From the IMG/VR virus record IMGVR_UViG_3300008624_000002: a stretch of DNA of 64,000 nucleotides; one strand, given 5' to 3'. Shown here piece by piece: positions 18,783 through 27,192 of the stretch (its first letter is position 1; each line of letters opens with the position of its first letter). Under the pieces are notes generated by a model. That model was not told the DNA's origin. It saw nothing but the letters and a program-made list of their open reading frames with translations, and ran no database searches. This stretch comes from an uncultured virus (IMG/VR IMGVR_UViG_3300008624_000002). Taxonomy: Duplodnaviria; Heunggongvirae; Uroviricota; Caudoviricetes. A program made the position numbers and the translations under genes.

Positions 18783-19162
18783 AGCGACTGTTTGTTAAAA
18801 TACCTAACCTCAAATGAGCATTAGGGCGTATGGGATGTCGAACTCTTTACGGTTTCAAACTTCTCGAGCAAATCTAAAACAAGTTCAACATCTCATACTA
18901 AAGTGAGGTTTATTTCCCAACTCGAACACGGAAGGGACTTCTTCCTCAATGCTTCGCAAACGAAGCAACTGAGTCACTCTTACTTCTGAATCGCCTTCAT
19001 TTGAACAATTATAAACTGTTCTATGAAAGAACATCATCCGTCTGGACTCAGTAAGATGAAGTTCTCTAGGTCTCGAATTAACGGTAACCGGATCCCTTCA
19101 TCGTCCAGATTGTTCTCAACTAATTGGTTTTCATTTCTCTCCCAATCGATTAATTACAATCT
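18783..19162 (-). ncRNA. Putative large structured RNA / hsp20 leader
   Basis: ~380 nt with no credible ORF, many complementary segments (17-bp stem, nested 6-7 bp stems), promoter at 19169-19208. Confidence 0.55.
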
Positions 19163-19168
19163 AGGACT

Positions 19169-19208
19169 ATTATATAGTACATTTGGTAGCTTAAACAAGG
19201 GGTTTTTT
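19169..19208 (-). promoter_or_regulatory. Class II promoter upstream of the structured RNA
   Basis: A-tract, AAAAAACCCC-TTGTTT-N18-TATAAT. Confidence 0.65.
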
Positions 19209-19219
19209 AATTTTTTTTT

Positions 19220-19351
19220 TTAATTTTTTTTATTTTTGTATTCTTCTTCACTAATAACTCTTATCTTTTCTTTAGGAAAAGTTATATTCCATGCATAAAC
19301 ATCAGTTTTAATCTGCCATATCATAAGTCTTCGCCACAATCTTTTAATCAT
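19220..19351 (-). CDS. Small hypothetical protein (43 aa)
   Basis: Manual translation MIKRLWRRLMIWQIKTDV...; ATGA-coupled. Confidence 0.4.
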   Translation of the reverse strand: MIKRLWRRLMIWQIKTDVYAWNITFPKEKIRVISEEEYKNKKN

Positions 19352-19575
19352 GCTTCTATAGGTTTGTCACGAAAGATTATGTTTGATAGTCCGAGTTTGT
19401 TTCTTCGTTCTATCTCAACTCTAACTTTAGCTCTAAGTTTTCGTTTAGTGCTTTCTTTATTGTATGCTTCGATTAAGTCTGCGTTTGATTTACATTTCAT
19501 GTAGTCATAAACTAAAGTAGTCTTCTTAGTCATTCTATCATATTGTCTAGATGTTTTTCCAAATTTAATTGGCAT
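19348..19575 (-). CDS. Small basic conserved hypothetical protein
   Basis: 75 aa, AGGAG RBS. Confidence 0.6.
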   Translation of the reverse strand: MPIKFGKTSRQYDRMTKKTTLVYDYMKCKSNADLIEAYNKESTKRKLRAKVRVEIERRNKLGLSNIIFRDKPIEA

Positions 19576-19592
19576 AATATACTCCTGTTCTT

Positions 19593-21482
19593 TTATTTAT
19601 TGAGTTTACGAACCTCTTTTCTTCCTCTGCCATCATCAAAGACAGGTGCAAATATTTTAACTGGTATGTCTTTACCCTTAACTTTAATCTCATCTATTTG
19701 TTGACATGCAATATTGTCCAATTGCATATAAGTATATTCGGATAAAAGAATTGGTGTATCAAAAGTTCTTGTTTGAACTTCTAATCTTGCGCCAAGATTA
19801 ACTGCATCTCCAACTACTGAGTAATCAAATCTCAATTCACTTCCCATATTTCCTACAATACATGGGCCTGTATTAATTCCTGTACCTATTACTACTGGTG
19901 GTAAATCCATACCCTCATCTTTAATTTCTTGATTCATTTTCTCAGTGAGTAGTTCTATTTCTATTGCAGTCTTCACAGCCATCTCTGCATGATTAGGACA
20001 ATCTAACGGAGCATTCCAAAATGCCATTAAACAATCCCCCATATACTTATCTACTGTTCCACCATTCTCAATTACCACCTTTGTCATACCATCTAAGAAT
20101 CTATTGATAAGTAATACTAGTCCCTCTGGATCATCATTCTTCATATAAGCTTCTGATATGGGAGTGAATCCAACTATGTCTGCAAATAAGAAAGACATTT
20201 CTTTTCTATCACCACCAAGTCTAAGTTTACTTGGGTCTTTCTGGAGTTCTTCAATCATATCAGGAGATAAATATTTCTGGAACTGCTTCTTAATTTGTTC
20301 TTTGAGTTGGTAGGTCGTATAGTATTGGTTGAAAGAGGCATGCCCGAAAACAACTATGGAGGAAATCGATGACCAGAAAATATCGAAGAGAACGAGAGAT
20401 GAAGACCATAAGTAGAAACCCCCACCCACCTGAACTAACACGATACTGGAACTCACTATCGCCGAGTAGACTGTGGGAAGTTTGTAAACCGATGCCAATA
20501 TTCCTAGAAGGACTATCAAAAGAAGAACGACTTCTAAAAATTCAAGAAAGTCGGATTGTTGTATTTGAACTCCTGTCGAGACGGTTTGGATTAGGTTCGC
20601 TTGAACTTCGTGGGGATACATTGTACCCACTGGAGTTGAAATTGGATTAGCTAATCCTTCAGCAGTAAGACCATAAACTAGAATCTTATTCTCTATATCC
20701 GATTCTTTTAGGTCTGAGAATGAAATGGAATCAAACTGATTCCAATAAGAAATCATTAAGTCACCGCTTGATGTGGTCTCGATTGGCGAATCTCTTCCCA
20801 TTTTTACCCAAACTATACCCTCTTCTTTAGTAACCCTAGTCTGATAATTAGGTTGGTCATAGAAAGCTCTGAGTGTTTCAAAGCCCAAACTCGGATAGAG
20901 CTGGCCATTGGCCTGGATGACAAGCGGAGCGCTCCTGATGGTACCATCAAAGTTAGGGGTTTTCGCCACACTAGGTGTAGCGACTGTGACTCCCATACCC
21001 CAAGCCGAACTTTGTAATCCGGGAATGGGACTCACCAAACCTGGAAAGTTCCATACATGGTCTTGTATATCACCATCTCCAAATACAGATGTATTTACGA
21101 ATGGTGCGTTGCCTGATTCTTTTTGAACTGTTGGTGCAGATGATAATATGGTTAATCTATTCTCTAATGCGTTTGCAAAGACTTCGTCTCCACCAAATCT
21201 ATCTTCTTCTGAGAATAGAATATTGAATACATGAGTGTTTGTGTGGTGAGTTTCCCATAGAGTATCAGCATATATCTCTCTAGGGAATGGGTATTGACCT
21301 AGGGCGTCTATCGACTTTTCATCTATATTTACTAGAAGAATGTCTTCTACTTGAACTTTTTCTTTTGATGAATGTAGAACATCGAAGTAAGACCATCTAA
21401 CATTATCTATTAAATAAGGCGACCATATCTTTACACCCACCAATGCAACGATAGTGAGTAATACCGTTTTCCAATTATACAT
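19593..21482 (-). CDS. CHASE2-domain class III adenylate cyclase (membrane receptor cyclase)
   Basis: N-terminal TM; VNIDEKSI..LGQYPFPR and NILFSEEDR (CHASE2); 3 TMs; FADIVGFT, DKYMGD, DYSVVGDAVNLGARLE; likely start MYNWK at 21482. Confidence 0.92.
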   Translation of the reverse strand: MYNWKTVLLTIVALVGVKIWSPYLIDNVRWSYFDVLHSSKEKVQVEDILLVNIDEKSIDALGQYPFPREIYADTLWETHHTNTHVFNILFSEEDRFGGDEVFANALENRLTILSSAPTVQKESGNAPFVNTSVFGDGDIQDHVWNFPGLVSPIPGLQSSAWGMGVTVATPSVAKTPNFDGTIRSAPLVIQANGQLYPSLGFETLRAFYDQPNYQTRVTKEEGIVWVKMGRDSPIETTSSGDLMISYWNQFDSISFSDLKESDIENKILVYGLTAEGLANPISTPVGTMYPHEVQANLIQTVSTGVQIQQSDFLEFLEVVLLLIVLLGILASVYKLPTVYSAIVSSSIVLVQVGGGFYLWSSSLVLFDIFWSSISSIVVFGHASFNQYYTTYQLKEQIKKQFQKYLSPDMIEELQKDPSKLRLGGDRKEMSFLFADIVGFTPISEAYMKNDDPEGLVLLINRFLDGMTKVVIENGGTVDKYMGDCLMAFWNAPLDCPNHAEMAVKTAIEIELLTEKMNQEIKDEGMDLPPVVIGTGINTGPCIVGNMGSELRFDYSVVGDAVNLGARLEVQTRTFDTPILLSEYTYMQLDNIACQQIDEIKVKGKDIPVKIFAPVFDDGRGRKEVRKLNK

Positions 21483-21646
21483 TACTGGATCCAGCAAACA
21501 GGATATACACACCAGTAAGGATTAGCAAATCCTAATAACCATAGTATGAGAATCCATAATGGGATTTTTACCCATGTTCTGCCTTTAGACCACTCTCTGA
21601 ATCGTATGGCGTATGGTGCCATTTTATTAAACAACCAGTCTTGCAT
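21482..21646 (-). CDS. Small Trp-rich membrane protein (54 aa)
   Basis: Manual translation MQDWLFNKMAPYAIRFREWSKGRTWVKIPLWILILWLLGFANPYWCVYPVCWIQ; TAATG-coupled on both sides. Confidence 0.55.
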   Translation of the reverse strand: MQDWLFNKMAPYAIRFREWSKGRTWVKIPLWILILWLLGFANPYWCVYPVCWIQ

Positions 21647-21831
21647 TATCCTCTGATTTCCTCTATAGGTTCTGGTATTACAATCTCTTCTGGTTGCATA
21701 TGATTAAGGTAAATATACAATGCACCACCTAAAAGTGTAATCATCAAAGCCCATGCTAGTAATCTTCTCATAAATCTTTTCCTTTTTTTTAGACGCCACT
21801 CGCCTTTAAGTTTAATTATTCTCTCGTTCAT
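21646..21831 (-). CDS. Small single-TM membrane protein
   Basis: Basic N-terminus followed by hydrophobic helix. Confidence 0.5.
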   Translation of the reverse strand: MNERIIKLKGEWRLKKRKRFMRRLLAWALMITLLGGALYIYLNHMQPEEIVIPEPIEEIRG

Positions 21832-22024
21832 TTTCTTGTATAAAGTCTTTCATCTCTAACATCCAAGCTCTAAGTCTATGGGTTTGTTTCATGTGAAACT
21901 CTGCGTTCTTCTTATCTTCTAGTATCATTCTATTATGATAATCTATTACCCTCAGAATGATTCTTATGCCCTCTTGATATGGCATACGAATTAGAGTTGA
22001 AAATCTCTCTTTTTTTGTAGACAT
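21812..22024 (-). CDS. Small hypothetical protein
   Basis: 70-aa ORF within the operon. Confidence 0.5.
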   Translation of the reverse strand: MSTKKERFSTLIRMPYQEGIRIILRVIDYHNRMILEDKKNAEFHMKQTHRLRAWMLEMKDFIQENERENN

Positions 22025-22032
22025 TCAAGATA

Positions 22033-22863
22033 TTAGTTTCCTTGCGAAACCGTGACAGAACAACCGCCAGAAGTTTGGCAGTTTTGTGTAAGTGTATAAT
22101 TTTGTGTTGTGTTGCCTCGTTGTTCGAAATCGAGAGTAGTTCCAAATGTTCCATTTAATGTTATGGTTGCATTGTGTTCGCCATGGCCATCTTGAAGATA
22201 ATCAACAGTATTGTCATCATTCTGAACTGTTAAATAAAATTCTTTTGCACCATCGCCCTTTTGTTTGCCAAAGATTGAGTTATCATCTCCATATAAATAT
22301 ATTCTTGCTGAGTGTCCATCACAATTACCTTGTGAACAATTTCGTTGTTGCCCAACTATTTCGTTATCATCTCCATGTATATCTACGGTAACATAATGAC
22401 CGCCACCCTCTGTATTATCAATTGCCCAACTAGTGTCGGTTCTACTTGAGATTTCATATCCTTGAGCCCACCATAACTTATTATTTGTTCCATAACTAAT
22501 ATGAAACTGAATATCATTCTTGTTGCAATCTGAATTTTTAGTACAGTTCTGCCAGAGTTTAACAGTTTGGTTATCATAGTCAATATCACCACCCCAAGAT
22601 GCGCCAGAACCCCAACTTGGAGAATCATTGGCCCAACCTATTTCGTTGTTAGAACCAACTTGTTTCATTTCAATCACAACATCATCTCCATCACCTACAG
22701 AAAAGAATATATCGTTGTTGAATCCTTCTTGAATGATATCGATTTCTAAGTTGTCTCCACCTGCTACTTGATTAATGTTGATAGTATTATCATCAGATGC
22801 TATAACTGATAAGGAAAACAATGTTCCTATTGCAAATGTTTTTATTTTATTTAAAAAATCCAT
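22033..22863 (-). CDS. Secreted curlin-like beta-repeat protein
   Basis: Signal peptide; repeated x-I-x-Q-x-G-x-x-N units (QEGFNN, QVGSNN, HGDDN, QDGHGEHN); paired Cys. Confidence 0.7.
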   Translation of the reverse strand: MDFLNKIKTFAIGTLFSLSVIASDDNTININQVAGGDNLEIDIIQEGFNNDIFFSVGDGDDVVIEMKQVGSNNEIGWANDSPSWGSGASWGGDIDYDNQTVKLWQNCTKNSDCNKNDIQFHISYGTNNKLWWAQGYEISSRTDTSWAIDNTEGGGHYVTVDIHGDDNEIVGQQRNCSQGNCDGHSARIYLYGDDNSIFGKQKGDGAKEFYLTVQNDDNTVDYLQDGHGEHNATITLNGTFGTTLDFEQRGNTTQNYTLTQNCQTSGGCSVTVSQGN

Positions 22864-22868
22864 ATTAA

Positions 22869-24026
22869 TTAACCTTGTTGAATAATAACTATTTCTATTC
22901 CATCTCCATCACCAAATGTTATAACACCTTGATAACCTTCTACTTCGGTCTCTAGAGTTCCGGAACCTCCTGCGGCTATTATTATATTTATGTGTCCATT
23001 CACATCTCTAAAGAATACTAAGTCGCCATCTTGTTCAAAGATATTATACTGCGATTCTTTATTGAACCCAGCAGATGCACCTCTAAGTTTGAAACCTGCT
23101 ATATCTGCGGCCTGTCTATCATCAACCAATACAACTCTAGTCTTTTCTAAAGCTTCAACAACATCTAATAAATCTTGTAAGAAGTCTACATCTAGATAAT
23201 CAATATCTAATTCGGAGAAATCTCCTTCCATAGTGTCATCTAATGCATTTGCTTCTAGTTCATTAAACTCTAAGAAGTCGATGTCTAATACACCTTGGTC
23301 TGAGTTCTGCTCATCTGAATATGATTCTTCCATCGCCTGTCTTATCGCAGGTGGTGGATTCACAATAAACATATTGTCAATCATACTAGGTGTTATGCCT
23401 TGAACAACAACTGATTTAGTTGGTGCGGCCTCAAAAGATGCGACTGTTGTGGCCGCATACGCTTGATTTAAAATCGTTTCACCGCCATCATTCCATACTA
23501 AAATCTCTCCTGATGTTTCACCTGTTGTTTCATCAGGCAAAAGAATGACCATTGTCCTACCCAACTCATCTATGGTTGTGGTGAAATCGGTCCCTCTCAT
23601 CGTAATGTTCGCCGTTGGTGTGGCGACATTAACATTTTGTTTTTTAATTCTATTACCAGCACCCGAGGCAAATCTTGATGTGCCTCTTACCATTCTAATC
23701 GACATCTTTGATAGACTTGGGTCTGGATCGTAATACGCCTCGTCAATATAAACAAGACTGTTTTCTGTTAATGAGAGTTGTTCTGCATCGAGGAACTCTA
23801 TTAACATTCTGCCATTGGCAGTTTCCGCTTCATCATATAAAACTATGTCTGTTCCGACATCAGTTTCAAGCCGACTGTCACCTCTTTTTACGGAAGTGAC
23901 ACCTTTGTTTTCTACAATATCACCAATGGGTTCAGCATAAGCGAACCCACCGTATGATAAAAAAAGACTTAAACTAACTGTCGTTAGCAGCGTCTTTCTG
24001 ATTAATTTGAATGATTGCATTTTCAC
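22869..24026 (-). CDS. Secreted FecR-domain protein
   Basis: Signal peptide; ETANGRMLIEFLDAEQLSLTENS and VATPTANITMRGTDF FecR motifs; acidic linker. Confidence 0.8.
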   Translation of the reverse strand: MKMQSFKLIRKTLLTTVSLSLFLSYGGFAYAEPIGDIVENKGVTSVKRGDSRLETDVGTDIVLYDEAETANGRMLIEFLDAEQLSLTENSLVYIDEAYYDPDPSLSKMSIRMVRGTSRFASGAGNRIKKQNVNVATPTANITMRGTDFTTTIDELGRTMVILLPDETTGETSGEILVWNDGGETILNQAYAATTVASFEAAPTKSVVVQGITPSMIDNMFIVNPPPAIRQAMEESYSDEQNSDQGVLDIDFLEFNELEANALDDTMEGDFSELDIDYLDVDFLQDLLDVVEALEKTRVVLVDDRQAADIAGFKLRGASAGFNKESQYNIFEQDGDLVFFRDVNGHINIIIAAGGSGTLETEVEGYQGVITFGDGDGIEIVIIQQG

Positions 24027-24720
24027 TATCCGCCGTTAAGGTTATATGGGCGTCTGGTGATGAGCAAGAATTGCCTGCACCCGAAACACATGTTCCACTT
24101 AATTGATTGATATCAATATCAGCACTTGAACCAGTTAAAGTTAGGTTCAATGTTTGTTCTCCATCTTTTTGTAGAGTGTTAATGTTATTGGATCCACCTG
24201 TGACTGTAAAGTTCCAGGTAGCGTCATCTGACTCCCAATCAACATCGAATACATTACTGTTTCCTACTAAGACTAAATCTGCGTTCAATCTCTCTGCACT
24301 TAAAGAATATCCTTGGTCTAAATCGAATGTATTTGAATCACCATCAACATTAAAGTTAATATCTGAATCATCAGCAGAACCTGAGGCCCCTATGTTCCAA
24401 TCAACTGAGTTTGAATTTCCTGAAAGTAGCAAAGTTATATCAGTGCTATCTGTGATAAAAGGTCCGAATAACAAGTTCTGATTACCAATCATATCGATGT
24501 TTAAATCTAGAGTGTGACCAGTCATTGTCATAGCAGTACCAGAACCACTTGAATAATTATTTTGACCTATTTTGTTACCAAAACCGATTTGGTCAATATA
24601 TAATTTCAAGGTGTCTCCAGTTTGTGCAATCATAACCTCATTATCATCTGTAGCAGCAGCGAAAACGAATGATGTCGACATTCCAAAAAGTAATGCTATA
24701 CTTAATAAAAATTTATTCAT
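23974..24720 (-). CDS. Secreted curlin-like beta-repeat protein
   Basis: Signal peptide; ~23-aa repeats ending G-x-x-N (QIGFGN, MIGNQN, SGNSN, DGDSN, VGNSN, TGGSN). Confidence 0.7.
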   Translation of the reverse strand: MNKFLLSIALLFGMSTSFVFAAATDDNEVMIAQTGDTLKLYIDQIGFGNKIGQNNYSSGSGTAMTMTGHTLDLNIDMIGNQNLLFGPFITDSTDITLLLSGNSNSVDWNIGASGSADDSDINFNVDGDSNTFDLDQGYSLSAERLNADLVLVGNSNVFDVDWESDDATWNFTVTGGSNNINTLQKDGEQTLNLTLTGSSADIDINQLSGTCVSGAGNSCSSPDAHITLTADSENAIIQINQKDAANDS

Positions 24721-25600
24721 TTTCTTCTCCTATTATCCAAAAGCCTCTATCGTGCCCTTGGTAAATTAATTCCAACACGGCAGCCTCGATAGCTGTTCGT
24801 GTTGCGTATGTCACTGACTCATTATTACCCACGCCGTCCTCGAACTCGACAAGTTGTGTTCCTTCTTCAAAGAATCGGAATACATCTCCCCCAGCACCAT
24901 AAGAAAGGATAGTCTTTCTTGTTTGGACATTCAATAATATTTCTCCTGTGAGAACACTAACAGCTCTCATAGAAATTGTCACAGCATCTTGACGATACTG
25001 TTTGGCCATTCCAACACCTAGAGTTCTTGCGCCTCGACCTCCGGTTAGTAAATTGGAATCATAACCAATTATCCCACCTTCTATAATTATGCCTGCGAAT
25101 AGCATAGGTTGAATTCCTTGTGCTTCTGTCCCATTGGCAGTAGCAAAATCTTGTCTGGCAGAACGAATAATCTGCCTCTCTCTTACTAAGTTGTCTATAC
25201 CACCCCTTTCGACAACTCTAAACCACTTACCACCAGCGGCGGTTTTAAGTGCATCTATAACCATTGCTTCAGCGCCTTGTGTGACTGCTGTAGAGAATGA
25301 TGCAATGTTACCTTCTGATTTTCTTTGACCTGTTCTATCAATGAAATTATATACTGCAACCACTGGCATTTCTTTTGCAGGTGGTATGTTTAACAGTTCT
25401 ATGTATGATGGAAGTCTTATTACTTCCGGCGTATCAACACAAATATATTTTCTGGACATTATTTTATTAACACCTGTCCAAACATCTTTGCCAAACCCCT
25501 CCTGATAATCACAATCTTTAGGGTCCATACTCCACTGTGGTATTGATGCACAACCTGACATAAGAATCAATAAAGAACTTAAAAGAAAATTTCGAAACAT
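24713..25600 (-). CDS. csgG: Curli secretion channel CsgG
   Basis: Lipobox LMSGC; VAVYNFIDRTGQRK, FSTAVTQGA, WFRVVER, IIEGGIIGYD, TGEILLNVQTRKTILS. Confidence 0.92.
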   Translation of the reverse strand: MFRNFLLSSLLILMSGCASIPQWSMDPKDCDYQEGFGKDVWTGVNKIMSRKYICVDTPEVIRLPSYIELLNIPPAKEMPVVAVYNFIDRTGQRKSEGNIASFSTAVTQGAEAMVIDALKTAAGGKWFRVVERGGIDNLVRERQIIRSARQDFATANGTEAQGIQPMLFAGIIIEGGIIGYDSNLLTGGRGARTLGVGMAKQYRQDAVTISMRAVSVLTGEILLNVQTRKTILSYGAGGDVFRFFEEGTQLVEFEDGVGNNESVTYATRTAIEAAVLELIYQGHDRGFWIIGEENE

Positions 25601-26127
25601 TAACTGTCTCCAGGCACTGGCACAGGATCAGGGTCCTGACTAAAGTTTCCTGAACCTATTGGTATCTCTAATATTGTTTCTGTACCATCTTCTGATACAA
25701 TAGTCATTCTAATAAATTCTGAGCCGTCTGCGTTAGTGATTACTTCGTATGTGACTGTACTACCTTCTAATACAAATGAACCAAAACGAGTTGCAGTATC
25801 GTTTGAGAACATTGATTCAACCAATTGTTTGGCCATTTGAGCATAGATACGGCTCTCTAAGTTTCTAATAAATTTTGCAAGGGTTGTATTGTCTTCTGCC
25901 CTTTCAGCAGCTTTACGAGCTGATTCTAATGCATCTTCTATCTCCGTCTTACGAGTGAACTCTTGGTTCTCTACTGTGAGATAATGAGATGCGGTTCCCT
26001 TTCCACTGAAAGATGGATTTTTAAATTCGTGTGTTATTGGTGATGCGTAAACATTGTTTGCGTGTAGAAACAATACAAATAATATTGAAAATACGAAACT
26101 AGCTATCTTTATCTTTTGTGTCTTCAT
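25600..26127 (-). CDS. csgF: Curli assembly component CsgF-like
   Basis: Signal peptide then HEFKNPSFSG (cf. CsgF FQFRNPNFGG); FIRNLESRIYAQ; adjacent to csgG. Confidence 0.75.
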   Translation of the reverse strand: MKTQKIKIASFVFSILFVLFLHANNVYASPITHEFKNPSFSGKGTASHYLTVENQEFTRKTEIEDALESARKAAERAEDNTTLAKFIRNLESRIYAQMAKQLVESMFSNDTATRFGSFVLEGSTVTYEVITNADGSEFIRMTIVSEDGTETILEIPIGSGNFSQDPDPVPVPGDS

Positions 26128-26440
26128 TCTTCTTCCCCTTTAGAGCCTGCGCTTGCTTATACTCTAAAACTGTATTTAATTTTTCTTGCAATCTTATCTG
26201 GTCTTGGTCTAACATTCTCATTTGGTCGATAAGTCTTACAAGTACCGTCTGTTGTTTATCCAGATTCGGTTCTAATTCTTCCGTCACAAATTTCCAGACA
26301 AAGTAGATAAAATAACCCATTGCAAGTGCAATTATAATTGGGAATCCAAACTCATTGAGCATATCTGCAACAGGAGTTAGATAATCTAATTCTAAGTCCA
26401 GAACATCTTCTGGCAATTCATTACTAATCTCTTCTTGCAT
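26099..26440 (-). CDS. Single-TM coiled-coil membrane protein (paralog A)
   Basis: EFGFPIIIALAMGYFIYFVWK then heptad-like segment. Confidence 0.65.
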   Translation of the reverse strand: MQEEISNELPEDVLDLELDYLTPVADMLNEFGFPIIIALAMGYFIYFVWKFVTEELEPNLDKQQTVLVRLIDQMRMLDQDQIRLQEKLNTVLEYKQAQALKGKKNEDTKDKDS

Positions 26441-26717
26441 CTATGTTTCCATCCTCTACAAAATTTTCAGACCGTGCAACTCTATCCAAATCTGGTCTTA
26501 ACTCCAGAGTTTGTGAAATAAGTAAGTCGATTTTTAATATGTCATTGTTCATTACTCTCGCCCTATCTTCTAACATGGTTATAATACCTGTTAGACCTTT
26601 GACATTATCAAGTACACCTTCTAAGATGTATTTTAGGGTTAAGAATATGAAGAAAGCCATAACAAGAGAACCAAAAATTGGCGCTCCGACTTCAGCTAAA
26701 AATTCTATCCAGTTCAT
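26424..26717 (-). CDS. Single-TM coiled-coil membrane protein (paralog B)
   Basis: EVGAPIFGSLVMAFFIFLTLK then heptad-like segment. Confidence 0.65.
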   Translation of the reverse strand: MNWIEFLAEVGAPIFGSLVMAFFIFLTLKYILEGVLDNVKGLTGIITMLEDRARVMNNDILKIDLLISQTLELRPDLDRVARSENFVEDGNIDARRD

Positions 26718-26730
26718 AATATTACTCTAT

Positions 26731-26738
26731 TATTTATG
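26731..26738 (-). promoter_or_regulatory. T4-type late promoter heading the csg/FecR/cyclase operon
   Basis: CATAAATA 14 nt upstream of the first ATG, just downstream of a terminator. Confidence 0.6.
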
Positions 26739-26760
26739 ATTTCATTGTCTTATTAACCAT

Positions 26761-26788
26761 AAAAAAAGGGACCAAAAGGTCCCTTTTT
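26761..26788 (-). terminator. Intrinsic terminator
   Basis: AAAAAGGGACC-aaaa-GGTCCCTTTTT hairpin with T-tract. Confidence 0.8.
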
Positions 26789-26807
26789 AATAATCCGTGA
26801 GGACTAA

Positions 26808-27119
26808 TTATAATTCTTCGGTTTCATCACCATCGGAATTATCTTTCAGTTGCGAGTGTATCTCGTTGATAACTTGAGCTTTCGTACCACTCTTCTTAAC
26901 TTTAAGAGAGTTTTTGTCAGCAAGGTCAAGAAGTTGAACTTTGGTTAATGTTTTCAGTTCAGCTTTGGAAGTAATTCCATTGTCGTTCTTATCAGCGACT
27001 GGTACCGGTCTCGGTCTTGGTGCTGGTGTCGAACTTACTTTACTACCTTTATCTTTCTTATCAAAGAAAGCGAAGTAAATAACAACTAATACGACTACAA
27101 TTGCAATTGCGTATTCCAT
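26808..27119 (-). CDS. Membrane-anchored protein with Rho-N/HeH-like C-terminal domain
   Basis: N-terminal TM, Pro-rich linker, LKTLTKVQLLDLA..SGTKAQVINEI. Confidence 0.6.
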   Translation of the reverse strand: MEYAIAIVVVLVVIYFAFFDKKDKGSKVSSTPAPRPRPVPVADKNDNGITSKAELKTLTKVQLLDLADKNSLKVKKSGTKAQVINEIHSQLKDNSDGDETEEL

Positions 27120-27192
27120 AATATACTCCTATTTCAATTATGAAACTCCATATTAACACTGGAGTTTAAAATTGACAAGGGGTTTTTTGGGA

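Noticed and set aside
18783..18950. RNase P RNA-like words (GAGGAAGAAGTCC ... ACAAACAGTCGCTTA) in the large structured RNA
   Set aside because: Both deviate from the P4 consensus, spacing is short and I could not build P1-P4; no tmRNA ends or group I core recognised either. An Infernal search would settle it
19023..19223. 66-aa plus-strand ORF across the structured region
   Set aside because: Wrong strand for this genome, runs through a promoter and poly-T, no protein-like features
19203..19236. Long poly-T runs
   Set aside because: Best explained as an A-tract/UP element of the downstream promoter plus Lys/Asn codons; not a repeat element
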